Source: Geosiphon pyriformis uo1
Taxonomy: Eukaryota; Fungi; Glomeromycota
Length of the DNA stretch: 64,000 bases
Assembly: GCA_016748015.1 (NCBI GenBank)
Contig: JAAOMT010000602.1
Coordinates: forward strand, 1,005,696-1,069,695
Direction: 5' to 3'
Part shown: positions 25,066 through 38,875 of the stretch, one piece after another
Layout: each line of letters starts with the position of its first letter
How positions within the stretch are numbered: the stretch's first letter is position 1
Program-made: the position numbers and the translations under genes
The notes under the pieces: generated by a model
Seen by the model: only the letters and a program-made list of their open reading frames with translations
Databases searched by the model: none
Told to the model about the DNA's origin: nothing

Positions 25066-28000
25066 CATTATTGGAGGTTTTTAGTCTCTTTTTTTGAATA
25101 TTGTTAATATTATTTTGCTGTAAATTTGTTATTATTAAAAGCTGTTAAATCTCTGATAATTGAATTTATTTTTAAATTATTTTCTATAATTTAAACTGTT
25201 GGACTTATAAGTAAAATAACCAATTTTGTACTAGTTATTTATATAGTTATTTTGCAGTAAAAGTTAAATTTTTTTCAAAAATTGCTTGTCTAAAAGCTCA
25301 CTAAAAATGTGTAGTTATTTTGCTGTAAAAATCAACTCTTTTACAAGAATTTTATTTGTAAACTATCCTAATAATTATAATAAAAAAATAGAAAATAAAT
25401 AAAAAAAATATAAAGAAAAAAAAATTTCATTAAAAGAATTATTTTTTGTTTAAGCTTAAAGTTACTAATAAATTATTAAAATTAATAGTTAATTAATTTC
25501 AAAATATTAATTGAGATTTGGAAAATTTTAAGTATATATAATTTAAAAAATTTGAATTTTTTAAAGTATTTAATATTTTTTTATTATTTTTGTAAAAATA
25601 TGTAAAAAATACTTGATTCTAATTCTAATTAACAATTCTAAAATAAAATAAGATATATAAAAAAAAACTTCATTATCTTGTTCATCCCAAAATTCTCAAA
25701 AAGAGTCAGTAGTTTTTTTGAAAGAAGTTTTTTCAATATTCAGTACAATAAAACCAAATTGTTTTTTGATTTCAAGGCCACTGTTGGCCTTAGTATTGCT
25801 GTTATGAAGAAAGTAGTTAAAGAATTTAGATTTGGAGGTGGTTTCAAGCCTGTTTTGTCAAGGAAAAAGAGAAAATGTGTTGTTTTGGAGGAGAGTATTA
25901 GTAGTAAAGAAGTGCCTACTATAATGCCAAGTGGTTGTTTTTAGGATTCTAAGACTGGTAACACCACCAAGTCTGAAAGCATTGATATAGAAAAAAAATG
26001 TCTGGTTGAGGAAACCAGCTTTGACTATGGTAAGAGAGGCACCATTATTGGTAGGGATCATAATTATATATCTAAAGAGCCAAATGTCAAAACTACTAAA
26101 GCATTGGGCAAGCCATTGGATAAGATAAATTTCTCAAGTTATGATGATAATGATGATGTTCTCTTGGATACCTCTTTGGAGCTTCCCTCTCCTTTGAAGA
26201 ATTTAGTTACTGTTTCTGTTAGAAAATCTTTCACTTTAGATATTGATTTGGATAAAATAGTTGGGAAATCTTCTCAAGAAAAGTTGATGGTGATTAGGAA
26301 ATTATTTTTAAAGATTAATGGTTTTGGAGGGACCTCTACCGCCTCAAAATTTGCTGAGATTATTAGAGCATTGTTTACTTCTGAATCAAGCTTAGCACAG
26401 GCTTCCAAAAAGGCTGAAGATGTGAAGATCTTGGTAAACTCTAATCTCAAGAAATCAACTGGTCATTTAGATCAGACTGTAGTGGTTAAGGAAATTCTAG
26501 TTGAAACATCAGCTGAGGCTGTGTGTGCTGTGCTATCTGAGTTTGGAATAATTAAGTTAATCAAGATACAATTAGTGGAGCTGTGGCAGAAAGCAGTAGT
26601 GGAATTTGAGCAATTAGATCATGCTGATTTGGTTGCAGCTAAGTGATCTATCTTAATTGAGAAGGATATCATCCATGTTATCAGGACTGATTTAGACAAA
26701 GAGACATGGGATGCAAAGAATTATCATAGAGCACTGCTTTATACACTGCCAATGGGGACTAATGCTCATGGCATTTGGAACTTTGTTAGATCTGTAAGTG
26801 AGAAAACTTGTATTATTGATCATTATCCAATTACATATGCTTGGATTAGGTGTACTGTTGTTTGTTTTAATTCTGCTGAATTATTGGATACTGCCATGGA
26901 AACTACACCAGTGCTCAAGGACTAATTTACATTAGTTTAGTTTTGTTTCTGCCAAATGCACCAAGTGTAAGAAGTCAGATTATATATCATTAAGTTGTGC
27001 TAAGGATGAAAAGGTTTCTTCTGGTAGTTTATTGCATAAGGTGCTTTCAGATGCAGATAAAAGCAGGCTGGCTGTGATATATACCAAATGTTCTGCTCCA
27101 GTCACTCATCCTGTTTTTTTTGGTGGTCTTTCTTGGACAAAGATTATAAGTGGGTCCTCTTTTCCTCCTCTTTTTGGCCAAGTTGTTTCATCAAATATTG
27201 GCTCCTTTTTGGAGATGAAGTCATTCCTACCAGTTGCAAATGAAATCAATAATAGGTTTGCCACTCTTGAACACAATCTTGTCAGTCTTGTAGAGCGTGT
27301 TGATATGCTGGCTAAGAGATTAGAAACATCTGAGCCAATAGTTTCCTAGCTTAGCCCTAAATGTCAGCTGTTGGTAACTCCTTCATCACAGAATCAAAAG
27401 ATAGATATAGTAATGGGTGAGGGTTCAGGTGTGGCTACTGGTGGTAAAACTGTTGTGAAGACAGTGGTTTTTGACTTTTTTGTTATTAGGAAAATAGAGA
27501 ACACTTTAAAAAATCTTGCAATTACAGTTATGGGTCTTTCAGCCAAAATGGACAATGCTGGTTCCTGCTGCTTCCTTTTCTCAATGACAGAGCTAGTATA
27601 AAAGTTTGTTACATGTAATATTCAAAGTATTAATGTTCCTGCCAAGCAAGAAGATGTTGTTTGTTGGCACATAAAGTCTGAAAATATGGTTTTTATTGTT
27701 ATGGAGACAAAATTGAGGCCTAATACAAGGCTATGGATTATGAACAGATTTGATGGAATGAGAATATTCTCTTCTAGTTTAGACAAAGATTTTCTTGGTG
27801 CTGGGGTGGCAATTATTCTGAACAATTCTCTTGCATATTATGTTGTAAAGATTGAGGAAATTCCTAGTCATCTTATATCTATTTGGCTTCTTTTTAAAGG
27901 CAAGCTGTCAATAACAATCTTGGGTCTATATGCTGGAGCTTCTGCTGAGACTAGGTTTGGTCAGTCTTCTGTGATCAATTTTTTTATCACTAAGACTGTT

Positions 28001-31000
28001 AATTCCTCCATATTTGTGGTGCTAAATAGAGATTTTAATGAGAATAGGTCTAGGAAAAATGCAAGTTTTAAGTTTTGCTCAGAGTTGGGTTTGGTCAATG
28101 CTTTTAGTGGGCATTCACTAATTAATGCTTCTACTTGGGGCAACTTGAGGGGTGCCATGAAAGTTATTGATTATATTTTTGTGAATAGAAGTTTGTTATC
28201 TGCAGTGGCTGGTGACAAGATCATTTCTGTTTTGAATTTCTTTGATACCAATCATAATGCTGTTATGGTGTCTATTGGTTTGGGTGGGCTCTTGGATATT
28301 CAGTTGAATAACTTGTAAAAACAGGCTAACAGAGATTGTTAGAAGTTTAATATTAAGGATGCAGATAATGCCAAATGGTTATGTTATAAGGACTGTTCAT
28401 CTGCCAGGCTTTTGGGAGTAAAGAATAGGTTTTTTGCTACTGCTGTGAACAATAATTTGAACTCAATGTGGTCAGTACTAGAAGAGGTAATGGTGGGATC
28501 TGTAAATGAAATTTTTTCTAAGCATTAGTTTAGTGAATTTTAGTGTTCAAAAAATAAACAATTCTCTAAATTTCTGGGGCTTGAGTTGCTGATTGCAAAA
28601 ATTGTCAAAAAGTTGAGTTTGACTAACATCCTTGGTTTCAATACCCTTATGAGGAAGTAGTTAACATTAGATGCTAATAAGGCTCTCGTTGTTACTTGTA
28701 TGGTTCAGGCTGGTGAAAAACAGATGGACATTCTCAAACATTTATCTCTTGTCAAAAGAAAATATAAGAAATCCAAGATATATAAGTTGAAATTGGCTAA
28801 AAAGGCATCAATTAGGAATACAATTGAAAAATGCATGGAAAAGTTTTGTCTAGACAAAGATGGCATGATTAAAAGTGTTTTGAATTGTTCATTTCACAAG
28901 GTGGTGTTGGACTACTTGGTGATAGATGATGAGTTGGTTTTGGAACCAAAAAAAGTAATGTCAGATGTAGATAAGATCATGGAGGGTTGGATGAGAAAAT
29001 GTTTAATGCTTCCGGTGCTGCCTGATCTGTGGACTTGCCAGTATGTACCACTGGGCTATGTTAAAGATGATGTCTTTTCTGGTGTAATATTTGCAATTAA
29101 CATGAGTAAATTGGTCTTGGTTATTGGTAGTTTGCCTGATGGTAAGACAGCTGGTCTGTTGGATATTCCCAATGAATTATGGAAGCATGGTAGTAAAAAG
29201 GTATTGAAATGTTGATTGGTGCTATTGAATGCATATTTGACTGTTGGTGGAGTGCTTACTTTGTGGAAAAGAACATGGGTTTTGATGATTTCTAAGCCAT
29301 ATAACTGGAATGGTGTTCTTATGAACACTCAACCAATAGCACTAATTGAAACTGCTAGAAAAATTCTGTCTAAGATTTTGTTTGATCATATTTCATTGGT
29401 ATGTAGCAAGTTCAATGTTCTCTAGAGTGACAATTTTTTGGTGCTAAAGAGTATGTCCATATAGTCTCTGGTATTTGCTGTCGAGTTGATAATTGAGGAT
29501 GCTCTTAAAAAAAATAAAGAAATCTGGTTAGTTCTGCAAGACATATAGAAAGCATATAATTCTGTTGGGTAGCATCACCTAAAAACTAGCTTGTGGCATG
29601 TCAAAATGTGTAGCAGGTTTATTGAGTTTTTTGGGAATATACATGAGAATAAAATTAACAGAGTAATAACTGATTTTGGTCTGTCAGATGGCTACAAAAT
29701 TCATGATGGGTTGGATTAAGGTGAAGTCTTCTCACTTCTTTTGTGGAGGATCTTTTATGATCCACTCTTGTGTAAGGTTAAACAATATAAACAATTGTGT
29801 GAGTACAGAATTAATACTAAATTTGTTTCAAGGACAGGTAGAATTGAGAGTGGTAGTGAGATGACATCTTATTTTGCAGCTGACACATTTGTTGATAATA
29901 TTATTTGGATTGGGAATTGCCAGGTCTTCACTTAGTATGCTTTGAACATTGTTAGTAAGTTTTTTGTGGTTAATAATATTTCTATCAATAGTGAGAAGAT
30001 GGTAGCTATTCTCATCAATCAAGATATTAGAATAGCTTCTTTGAGTATTTGTGGACAGCCAATTTTAATAGCCAAAAAAGGTGAGACATATTGTTACTTG
30101 GAAATTTTTTTGTTCACAAAGGGGTTGTCCAAGCCTAGTGTTAACAGAGCTCATTCTGGCATTCATTTTTTCACCAATGTTTTGCTTAAGAAAGCTGTTA
30201 TGAATAAACAGTTTTTGTACTTGGTTTTGGCTGTCTTACAGTTTATAGTTGGCTACCAAACTCAGTTTAGTTTTGTTTCATTAAATGTTTGTCACAAATG
30301 AGACATTATGATTAGGAAGGGCCTCAAGTCTAAAGTATGTTTACCATGTAATTTCCCTAGTGAGGCTTTGTATTATCCATCTTTGTATGGTTTAAAATCA
30401 TTTGAGCAAGTCCAGGCTGAAAGTAAATTGGCTGCTGTAATCTTATTTTCTAATGCTCATGGAATTCTTGGTCATTTGTTTTATTACTAGTTCTTGAATT
30501 TGCAAGTTTCAGGTTGGGCTCCTTTGAATCCTTTGCGGTTTCCTGTTAGATTATATGTTAGTCCAGTAAACAATTTTTTGACTGGTGTGGTTAGAATTTT
30601 TTTGGACAATAAGCTGTCTTTGGCAAATAAGTTACTTAATGCCTTCTATAATCCTGGTGTTTTTCTGATGTCCTTGGTCTTGGGGAAATCTTTGTTCTTT
30701 GATTTTGTTTGTTATTTAAAGTGTTTTGGGGTCACCTTTAATAACTGACTGTATAATAAGAAAGAGAGAGTAATGGACTGAAAAACTTTCCACTACTAGA
30801 AGAGATTGGATCCTAGAGGCCCTGTGTCTTATTGGTTTGTGCTTACTTCTAAATTTTTGAATGATAAGAGTTTTTTTGGATCTGTCTTGGTGAGTTTTTT
30901 TTTTCTTTGCCTGGTTTGTGCATTTTGAATTCCAAAGAATTTTTGGATATTCAGGATGGCTTGCATGAAATCTGGTCTGGTAATTTTGAAGTCTATACTG

Positions 31001-32750
31001 ATAGTTCATTGAAAAATACTGGTTCTAATGAAGGTATGTATGGGACAGCTGTATATTTTCTGGTTTTGGACATGGATATTGGCATTGGGATTTGGGACCT
31101 TCTTTTTTCTACAATGGCTGAATTACAAATGGTTGCCTTGGCTTTGGAGTGTGTTCCATTCTCATGTGGTGTGGATGTATATTTTAATAGTCAAGCTGCT
31201 ATTGATGCATGTGTGTCTGAAATAGTGCTTGTCTCTCCTGACTTTCGTAATTGTTGCTAGATGAAGAGTAAACATATTTACAATTTGGTCTGAGATAAAG
31301 ATCATACTATACATTGAATTAAGGTCAAGGGTCATTCTGGAGTGACCAGTAATATGAAGGCTAATACTCTGGTCAGTAAAGCAGCAGACTCTCCGGTTTT
31401 TTTGCCCATGGGTGTGCAAGAACAATTTTTAATGACTAAGAACTTGGCCATATCTGGCAATACTTGTCACTTTGTTTGGAATGTGTTTAAATCTGTTTGT
31501 AGAGCTTATTGAAAAATGAGTCCTGGTCACAATATGATTTCAAGAGTGTTGGTTGGCAATGTGGATTGGGTCACCACCTCAAGGGTGTGACACCCTGATT
31601 TACACATGCTTGCAGAATTTACTAGTCAGAAGTCAGCCACTTTGCGCATGTATATAATGAAAGCTGTGCATCATAAGTTGTCTGTTGTTGTTTGTAAGAG
31701 GCTTTATGATAAGAAGTATCCTGGTGTGCTTTGTTTGTTGTGCAGAGAGATGGAATTGCTGGATCATGTCTTTACTTGTGTTCGAAATAGTAACATTCGA
31801 AGGAAAGTTTTGTTTGAGACTTTTGTTTTCTGGGCTTTCTTAGTTGGTACTCATTACTTGTTTTCATCTGCTGTTTCCTGGGTGCTTGATCTTTGTTATT
31901 TGGATGTTGGCTTGTATTTGGTAATATGCAAGGGTTTTGTGCTAAAGAATTGGTGTGAGAAGACTATTAAGGTTTTTGACAGGAGAAAAAGAGCTGTTAA
32001 CTTTGTCATTGATTTGGTAGAAAGATTGATTGAGCTGCATCATTCTAAAGTGTGGTTGATGAAATCTGAGTTTAGAGTGTATATAGAGAAGATTGGTTTG
32101 GTTGGTAATAGTGGTGTGTTGTTGGGTCTTTTATGTTGTGCAAGTTCTGTATTGTCAGACAATATGGTCAGGTTTCTTGGTGTGCTAGAATCTTTCATTG
32201 TTAGCTTTGATTATTGCAGGCCTTGTCTTTTTTTTTTGGTTTGAATGGTAGTTCCTGTGTTAATATAGGTGTGTAGTATTGCCTTGTCTGGCCTGAGTGG
32301 CTAGCCACATGTAAAAAATATGTAAATTGTGTTTAATTTAAACCACTTAGTTTGGTTCTATATACTAGATAGTGGTTGGACTTTGCTTATTAAATGCATA
32401 AATAAAATAAAATAAAATATATTTTCTCAAAAAAAAAAGCTTTTTTTTTATACAACTTATTATAGTACTATTCTATAAACTTAAACTTTTTCTTTGCTAT
32501 AATTTTGATAAACTAAAAATATATTGTAACAAATTACAAGTTATTTTTATAAACTATAAATAATTTTAATAAACTATTAAGATATTTTGCAAATTTTTGA
32601 ATGTTATAGAGTTTAGTATATTATATAATCTAATTATTGTATTTGTATATTATACTAATTAAGTTATTAATTAAATAGTAATATTTAATAATTTGGTTAA
32701 CTAATAAATAATAATTAAAATAATAATAATATATGTTAATTATTAATAAA
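25066..32750 (-). repeat. 5' LTR of the old B element, split by LINE copy 3 (25066-25658 and 32405-~32750)
   Basis: Both halves align consecutively to 58735-59696. The outer end is approximate. Confidence 0.8.
25659..32404 (+). mobile_element. LINE copy 3, full length: ORF1 ~25780-27601; ORF2 27584-32276 (APE-RT-RNase H-Cys motif)
   Basis: Motifs: APE VMETKL, DFNE, IDYIF, DTNH; RT WRIFYDPLL and FVDN; RNase H VYTDSS...AELQ...KVKGHSG; CLLCREMELLDHVFTC. ATTAAA lies near the 3' end. TSD of ~18 bp: AAATAAAATAAGATATAT (25641-25658) / AAATAAAATAAAATATAT (32405-32422). Confidence 0.93.
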
Positions 32751-33331
32751 AATTATTAAAAATTCCAAAAATTATATATATATATTTTTTTTTATAATAT
32801 TATCCAAATAAAAAACCCAATTCAAAAGCTATTAAAAAAACATTAAAACATGATAATATAGAAAAAACATGATAATATAAAATAATAAAGAATAATATAT
32901 AATAATTCAGAATAATACTAAATAACACAATAACATAAAATAGTACAAAATAACTAGTTATAATATAAAATAACTAGTTATAGTATAAAAAAACAAAACA
33001 ACAACAATAATAGCAAATAATAATTAATAAGAATAAATAATTAAAAGCAATTTTGTAAAACTAGAAAATATATATAAAAACAAGTATTTTTAACAAAAAA
33101 AAAAGATAGACAAATAAATAAAAATAAATATTTTTTATCTATATTCTATATTTTATATCTATATTATTTCAAATAAAAAAATTATTCAAAATCTAATTAC
33201 TTATACATTATTTACAGATTCTTATGTTTAATCTGAATTAATTATTTTTTTATTTTTATTTCTGGCCAGATGTTCTTAACATAAAACACTTTAAAACAAT
33301 AATAACTTGAACCAATTATTCTTGATTATGG

Positions 33332-36300
33332 TGTTACAGGTAATTATTTGGAGTGTTAGTATAAATAACAAATCTGTAACTTAATGCTCAATAACTTAAT
33401 GGTATTGGTAATATCTGAAGATTTTTGTGATCTAAAGGTTTTAGTAAAGTTCTTTGTATAATAAACAGAGATTTAATAATTGTTTTAGTAGCCTCCTAGA
33501 ATAATTATTCTATTAATTTCTTTTTTCAACATAATGATTAGTTTATTCTGGCAGTTGTGTCCTTCTGGTAAGCTATTCTTCAATTTTTAGTTCTCTATTC
33601 TTATTTTTGGGTCTTTTACTAAGCTATTTTTGATGTCAAAATACTTAATACTTAATTCCTTTAATCAGTTAGTAAATTAATAAAACAAACAAACAAAAAT
33701 TAAAAAAAAATTAAAAAATTAGTATCTTATTAATAGCTATAATTAAGAGCTATTGGTTCAATATAATCAAGTATTGGATTTTATTAATATAGAGTATTAA
33801 TAGTATAGAAATATTTAATATTTTTTAATTAAGCAATAATAATATAAATTCAAGTAGTAATTGATATTTTATTGATATATAATTTAATTCTGCTTCAAGT
33901 TGTAAAAAACTATCTTTTAAAAAGAGAAGTATGAGATAATTAATAAGTTAAGATATTAATTCTAAACTGAATTCGGTTTTTTCTGTTTCTAATATTTTCA
34001 TTATATATACATATTTTTTGTTTTACAAAATTTTATATTTTTTTAAGCAATGTGCTCTAATTTACTAATATTGCTTATATTGTTAAACAGTATGCTCTAA
34101 TTTATTGATATTGTTCATATTGCTAAGCAGTATGCTCTAGTTTACTAACAATGTGTTATAGTTTTTTGATATTGTGCTTACATGTTAAGTACTATTTTTC
34201 TATTAATCTATTTATCTGTTTTTTCAGCTTTTTTTTTTGTATTTTCTATAAATAACATTATTTTCTTTTTTTTAATATTAAGCTTTGTCGAAATCTTCAC
34301 TTTGAATTAAGTTTATTACTTCTTTTTCTAATATTGTTTGTTTAATTCTGTTCCTTATTTCTTCATATTAAGAGTTGTTCATTTTTCCTTACTGGTTAAT
34401 GGTTATTGTTTCCATTTCTTAGTGTAGTAGTATTTTTGGATAGTTTTAAAATATGATGTATAATCAGTAAATTGTTTTAATATATATTCTTAAATTTGTT
34501 TTTTTTCCAATAAACTCTTCAATTTGTTGTATTATTTCTTAATTGAATATTTTTTTAGATTTATTAATATATAATTCCTGGATATTCAGCTTTTGTTCTA
34601 ACTAATAATAACAGTATGTTACTGAAAGTTGTTTTATTTATAGCTTTTAGTTTTTTTTGATTAGTTTCTCTGTTGGAATTATTCTTGGTATTTTTCCAAA
34701 AGTGTTTTTTACTTTTTCCATAATTTTATCTGACCAATATTTTGTTTGAGTTTGTGGTTGCTAATATGAAGTTTTTTTTTTTTTTTTTTTGTTTTTTTTT
34801 TTTTTTTTTTTTGTGTTTTAATAGCAAATTGTTTGGTAATTGATAACAATTTTTATGTCTAATTATTGTTAATTTATGGTTTAAAATAATTGTTGAGCTA
34901 TTGTGTAAATGTGATTTAGAATTTTCATCTTTTATTATTGTTGTTGTCATGTTTATTATGTTTTTATATACTATTTTGTAGATCAATTTGACATGTTTGT
35001 ATTGATGATTATGATTGGTTTTAGATCTTATAGAATTTCATCTGATTAAATTAGTATTTGTTGTACTTTCAGTTGTGAAATATTACTAATAGATGATAAT
35101 GTCATATTGTAATATGATTTTAGTCAATCTTTATGTGCTGTTTTAGCTAAGATTTTGTTATTCTATCTTAGTTTATAAGCTCTATTTTCTAGAATTTTTT
35201 TAATATAAAATGGTCTATCTTATTTGGAATTAAATTTTCCACTCCATTGTTTTTTCATTTTAGTATAATATAAGAGTATTTTGTCTCCAATCCTAAATTT
35301 AACTGGTTTATTTAGTAGTTGGTTATCATGTTGTTCTTTTTGTTTTTCTTGTAATTTTTGAATGTTATCAACTGCTCTTTACCTTTTGTTTTCTAAAGTT
35401 TCTATTAATTTGTATGTTCTTTTTAGCAATGTTCTTTGGAAGTTGGCTTCTGTTATTGGTTCTGTTAGATATGTGTTGATGTTTATTTCAACTGGTAATG
35501 TTGCTATTTTATTATAAACAAGTTCAAATAGTATTGCTTGTATGATATCTTGTTTTATTGTTTAATAAGCAAATAGTACTAATAGTATAAACAAATTTTA
35601 TTTATTCTGGTTTTCTTGACTGATTTTGGCTATTGCTTTACATAATGTTTTGTTGAATTTTTCGACTAAGTTATTTGTTTATAAATAGTATAATGATGAT
35701 AATGGTTTTTAATTCCAAATTATTGACTCAATTCTGTTAGTGTTCTGTTTACAAAGTAAGTTTTTTGATCTGATAATAGTTTTTTTGGACATTTATGTTA
35801 ATAAATCAAATCTTAGTAAATAAATTCAGCTATAAATTCTGCATTTGCTCTTTGAATTGTTTTCACTTCTGGCCATTTTGTAAGATAGTTCATAGCTACT
35901 GCTATATAATAATTGCTTCTGCTAATTATTGTTAATGGTCTGACTAAGTCAATTCTAATTTGATCAAATATTTGTTTTACTTTAATTAATCTTAGCAGTT
36001 TACTGGATTTTGTTCTTTCTTTTCTTTGATAAGCATTACAATTTTGAATGTATTAGATAATGTTTGGATACATAAATAGTCAATAGTATCTTTTTCTGGT
36101 TTTTTTTATAGTTGTTTCTTTATGAAAATATTCTGTTATTGGGTTTAAATATATGTTGAATAGTATTGTTTCTTTCTCTGATTCTGTAATTACTCTGAGT
36201 AATTGATTTGAATATTTTCTGTTTTTTTAATAAAATATTTTGCTTTTTGTTTTATGTTGTTTTGTTCTTTTTAAAATAATTTCTTCTTGAATTGTTGAGT

Positions 36301-37955
36301 ATTAACATAATATTAAAGTTGTTAATATTTTTGTGTATTCATTTTTTTTTGTTATATTTTTGAGTTAAAATGTTCTTAGATTTGTTTTATTTATGACAAA
36401 TTGTCAGTATTTCTATTTTTTTTTCTTCTTTTATAATGTACTATATAATTAAATAGTAATAGTTCTATTTTCTATCTTGCATGATAGTTGTTTTCAAATT
36501 CTTGTTTCTGGATTAATATCAATTCTTTGTGATCAATATATATATTAAACTTTTAATTCAAATATTTTTTCTATTTAATAATAGTCTAATAGATAGCCAA
36601 ATATTTTAATACTGAAATTCTATAGTTTTTTTCAACTGGTATATACTATTAAGTATTTTCTTTTATCTGGCTTTTTTTGTAATAGTATTGTTCTCAAGAC
36701 TTGTCCTAATGCATTAGTAGTGATGATAAATAGTTTATTGTAATCCAAATAGATCAGTACTAGAGCTTAGATAAGTTTTCTTCTTAATATATTAAAAGCT
36801 TCTTGTTGCTTCTTAATTCATTCATATTTGATGTTTTTGGCTTGGAGTTAATGAAGTGGTTGAACCAGTTTGGAGAAGTTTTGAATAAAGTAGCAATAAT
36901 ATTTAATGAATCTCAAAAATGCTCTTAATTTTATAAGATTTGTTAGTATTGAAAAGTTCTTAACAATCTTGATCTTATCTGAATCTGTTTTGATGTCATC
37001 TTTGCTAATGACATATTTTAAAAACTTAAGTTCAATTTTCCCAAAGAAACATTTGGTTGTATTTAATTTTAATATAGCTTTTTTTAGTCTTTTAAATACT
37101 TGTTAAAGATAATGGAAATAATTGTTGAATGTTTTAGAGAATATATTAATGTTATTTAAGTAAATAACTACTAATTTCCAAAATAATTCTCTATAAACAA
37201 TTTTTATTAGCCATTAAAAGATAGCTGGAGTATCTATTAAGCTAAATGGCATAATATCAAATTCAAAGTTTTTTTTTTTGATGGTGAATGCTGTTTTTTT
37301 TTATTGGCTGAGTTTATAACTACTTGCTAATAACCACTATTTAAATCTAATGTTGAAAACCATTTTTTTCTTCCAAATACATCAAATAATTCTTGAATTT
37401 GTGAAGTTGAATAGCTGTTTTTATGAGTAATATTATTAAGATTCTTGTAATCTACACAAATATGAATTTTTTTATTCTTTTTATGGACAAGTACTATTAG
37501 TAATAATCATAAACTTATTGATAATTAAATTAATTTGTTGTTCAACATTCTGTTAATTTCTTGTCAGATAATCTTATGACTTGTTAATAGTATTCTGTAT
37601 GCTTGTTGTTTTATTGGTATTATATCTTCAATTTTGATTTGATGCTGAATAATATTAGTTCTGTTAAATTCATTTTCACTTGTAAAGATATTAGTGAAGT
37701 CATTAAGTAGTATTTTGAATTGTATATATTGTAGTGAATTTAAGTTTTCTAAATTTATTTGTTTCAATTATTCTAATTAGAACAAATAATATTCTTCTTA
37801 TCCATATATTGTTTGTAATATGATATCTACATATTTGCACAGTTGTAAAAAATCTGAAATTCTGTTTGGTGGTTGGTTTTCAATTTCAGTATTTAAGTAT
37901 TTAATGATAATTTTACTTAGTATTTTAATGGGGTTTTCAGTTGTATTATAAATGG
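33332..37955 (-). mobile_element. Old family-A Gypsy copy D, 3' half: RT-RNase H 37955-36376, integrase 36342-~34990, ORF3 ~34950-34275, 3' LTR 33332-34257
   Basis: ORFs 37564-37767 and 37798-38001 match 50456-51316; colinear with 50760-55320 throughout; LTR termini TGTTACAGG...ATAACA. Confidence 0.88.
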
Positions 37956-38875
37956 TGTTACAGGTGATTATTTGGGGTCTCAAAGCAAATAACAAACCCA
38001 TAACTTGATGCTCAATTGATTAATGATATTAATTCTGAAGGTGGTTATGAATCTGAAGGTTTTGGTTGAGTTTTTTGTATAATAAACAGAGATTCAATAA
38101 TGGTTTTCAGTAGTCTCCTGAAATTGCAATTCTGTCAATTTTTTTTTTGGCTTGGTGGCTGGCAATTCTTTAGTAAGTAATCCATAATTCTTTTATGTAC
38201 TATACTCACTCACAGAAGTCTTTTACCAGACAATCTTTGATGTCAATAATTCAGTGCTTAATCTTTAATCAATTTTAGTAAACAACAAAAAAAATAAAAA
38301 ATAAAATAAAAGAAACAAAAAAAATCAAAAAATAAGTCAAGGTAATTTAGCAAGTTAGTATCTCATTAATAGTTGTGATCAAGAACTATTGTTTTAGTGT
38401 GATTAAGTATAACTTACTATCAACATGAAGTGTTGATAGTGAAAAATGAATTGAGATAGTAAATAATTATTTATTAATATTTGTGATGTAAAAGGTTGCT
38501 TAGATCAAATCTAAACTGAAAAGTCTCTAACTAAAGAATTCTAATAATTATGACTTGTGAATCTAATTGACTCTAAGAGTCCTACTGACTCTGGAAGTTT
38601 TTCTGACTAATTTTTTAGCTTCTAATACTACTGCTATATATATATAAATTTTATTGTACAAGATTCCTTGAATTTCTCAATTCTCTAACCAGAAATCCTG
38701 AAATTTCTGAAATCCTGCAATTTTTTTGAGAGGAATTCTGGAATTCTGGAATTCTGCAATTCCTGAAATTCTGCAATTTCTCTAAAAGAAATTCTGAAAT
38801 TCCACTTTTTATTATGTTTATTCTGATTTGCTAATTTATGTACTAATATTTAATTCCTATATTCTATGAGTAACA
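37956..38875 (-). repeat. 3' LTR of element E (family A)
   Basis: TGTTACAGG...GAGTAACA; homologous to 3101-3985. Confidence 0.9.

Noticed and set aside
34726-34986. Poly-Lys ORF
   Set aside because: A ~40-nt poly(T) slippage tract inside decayed ORF3 of D, read in the wrong frame.
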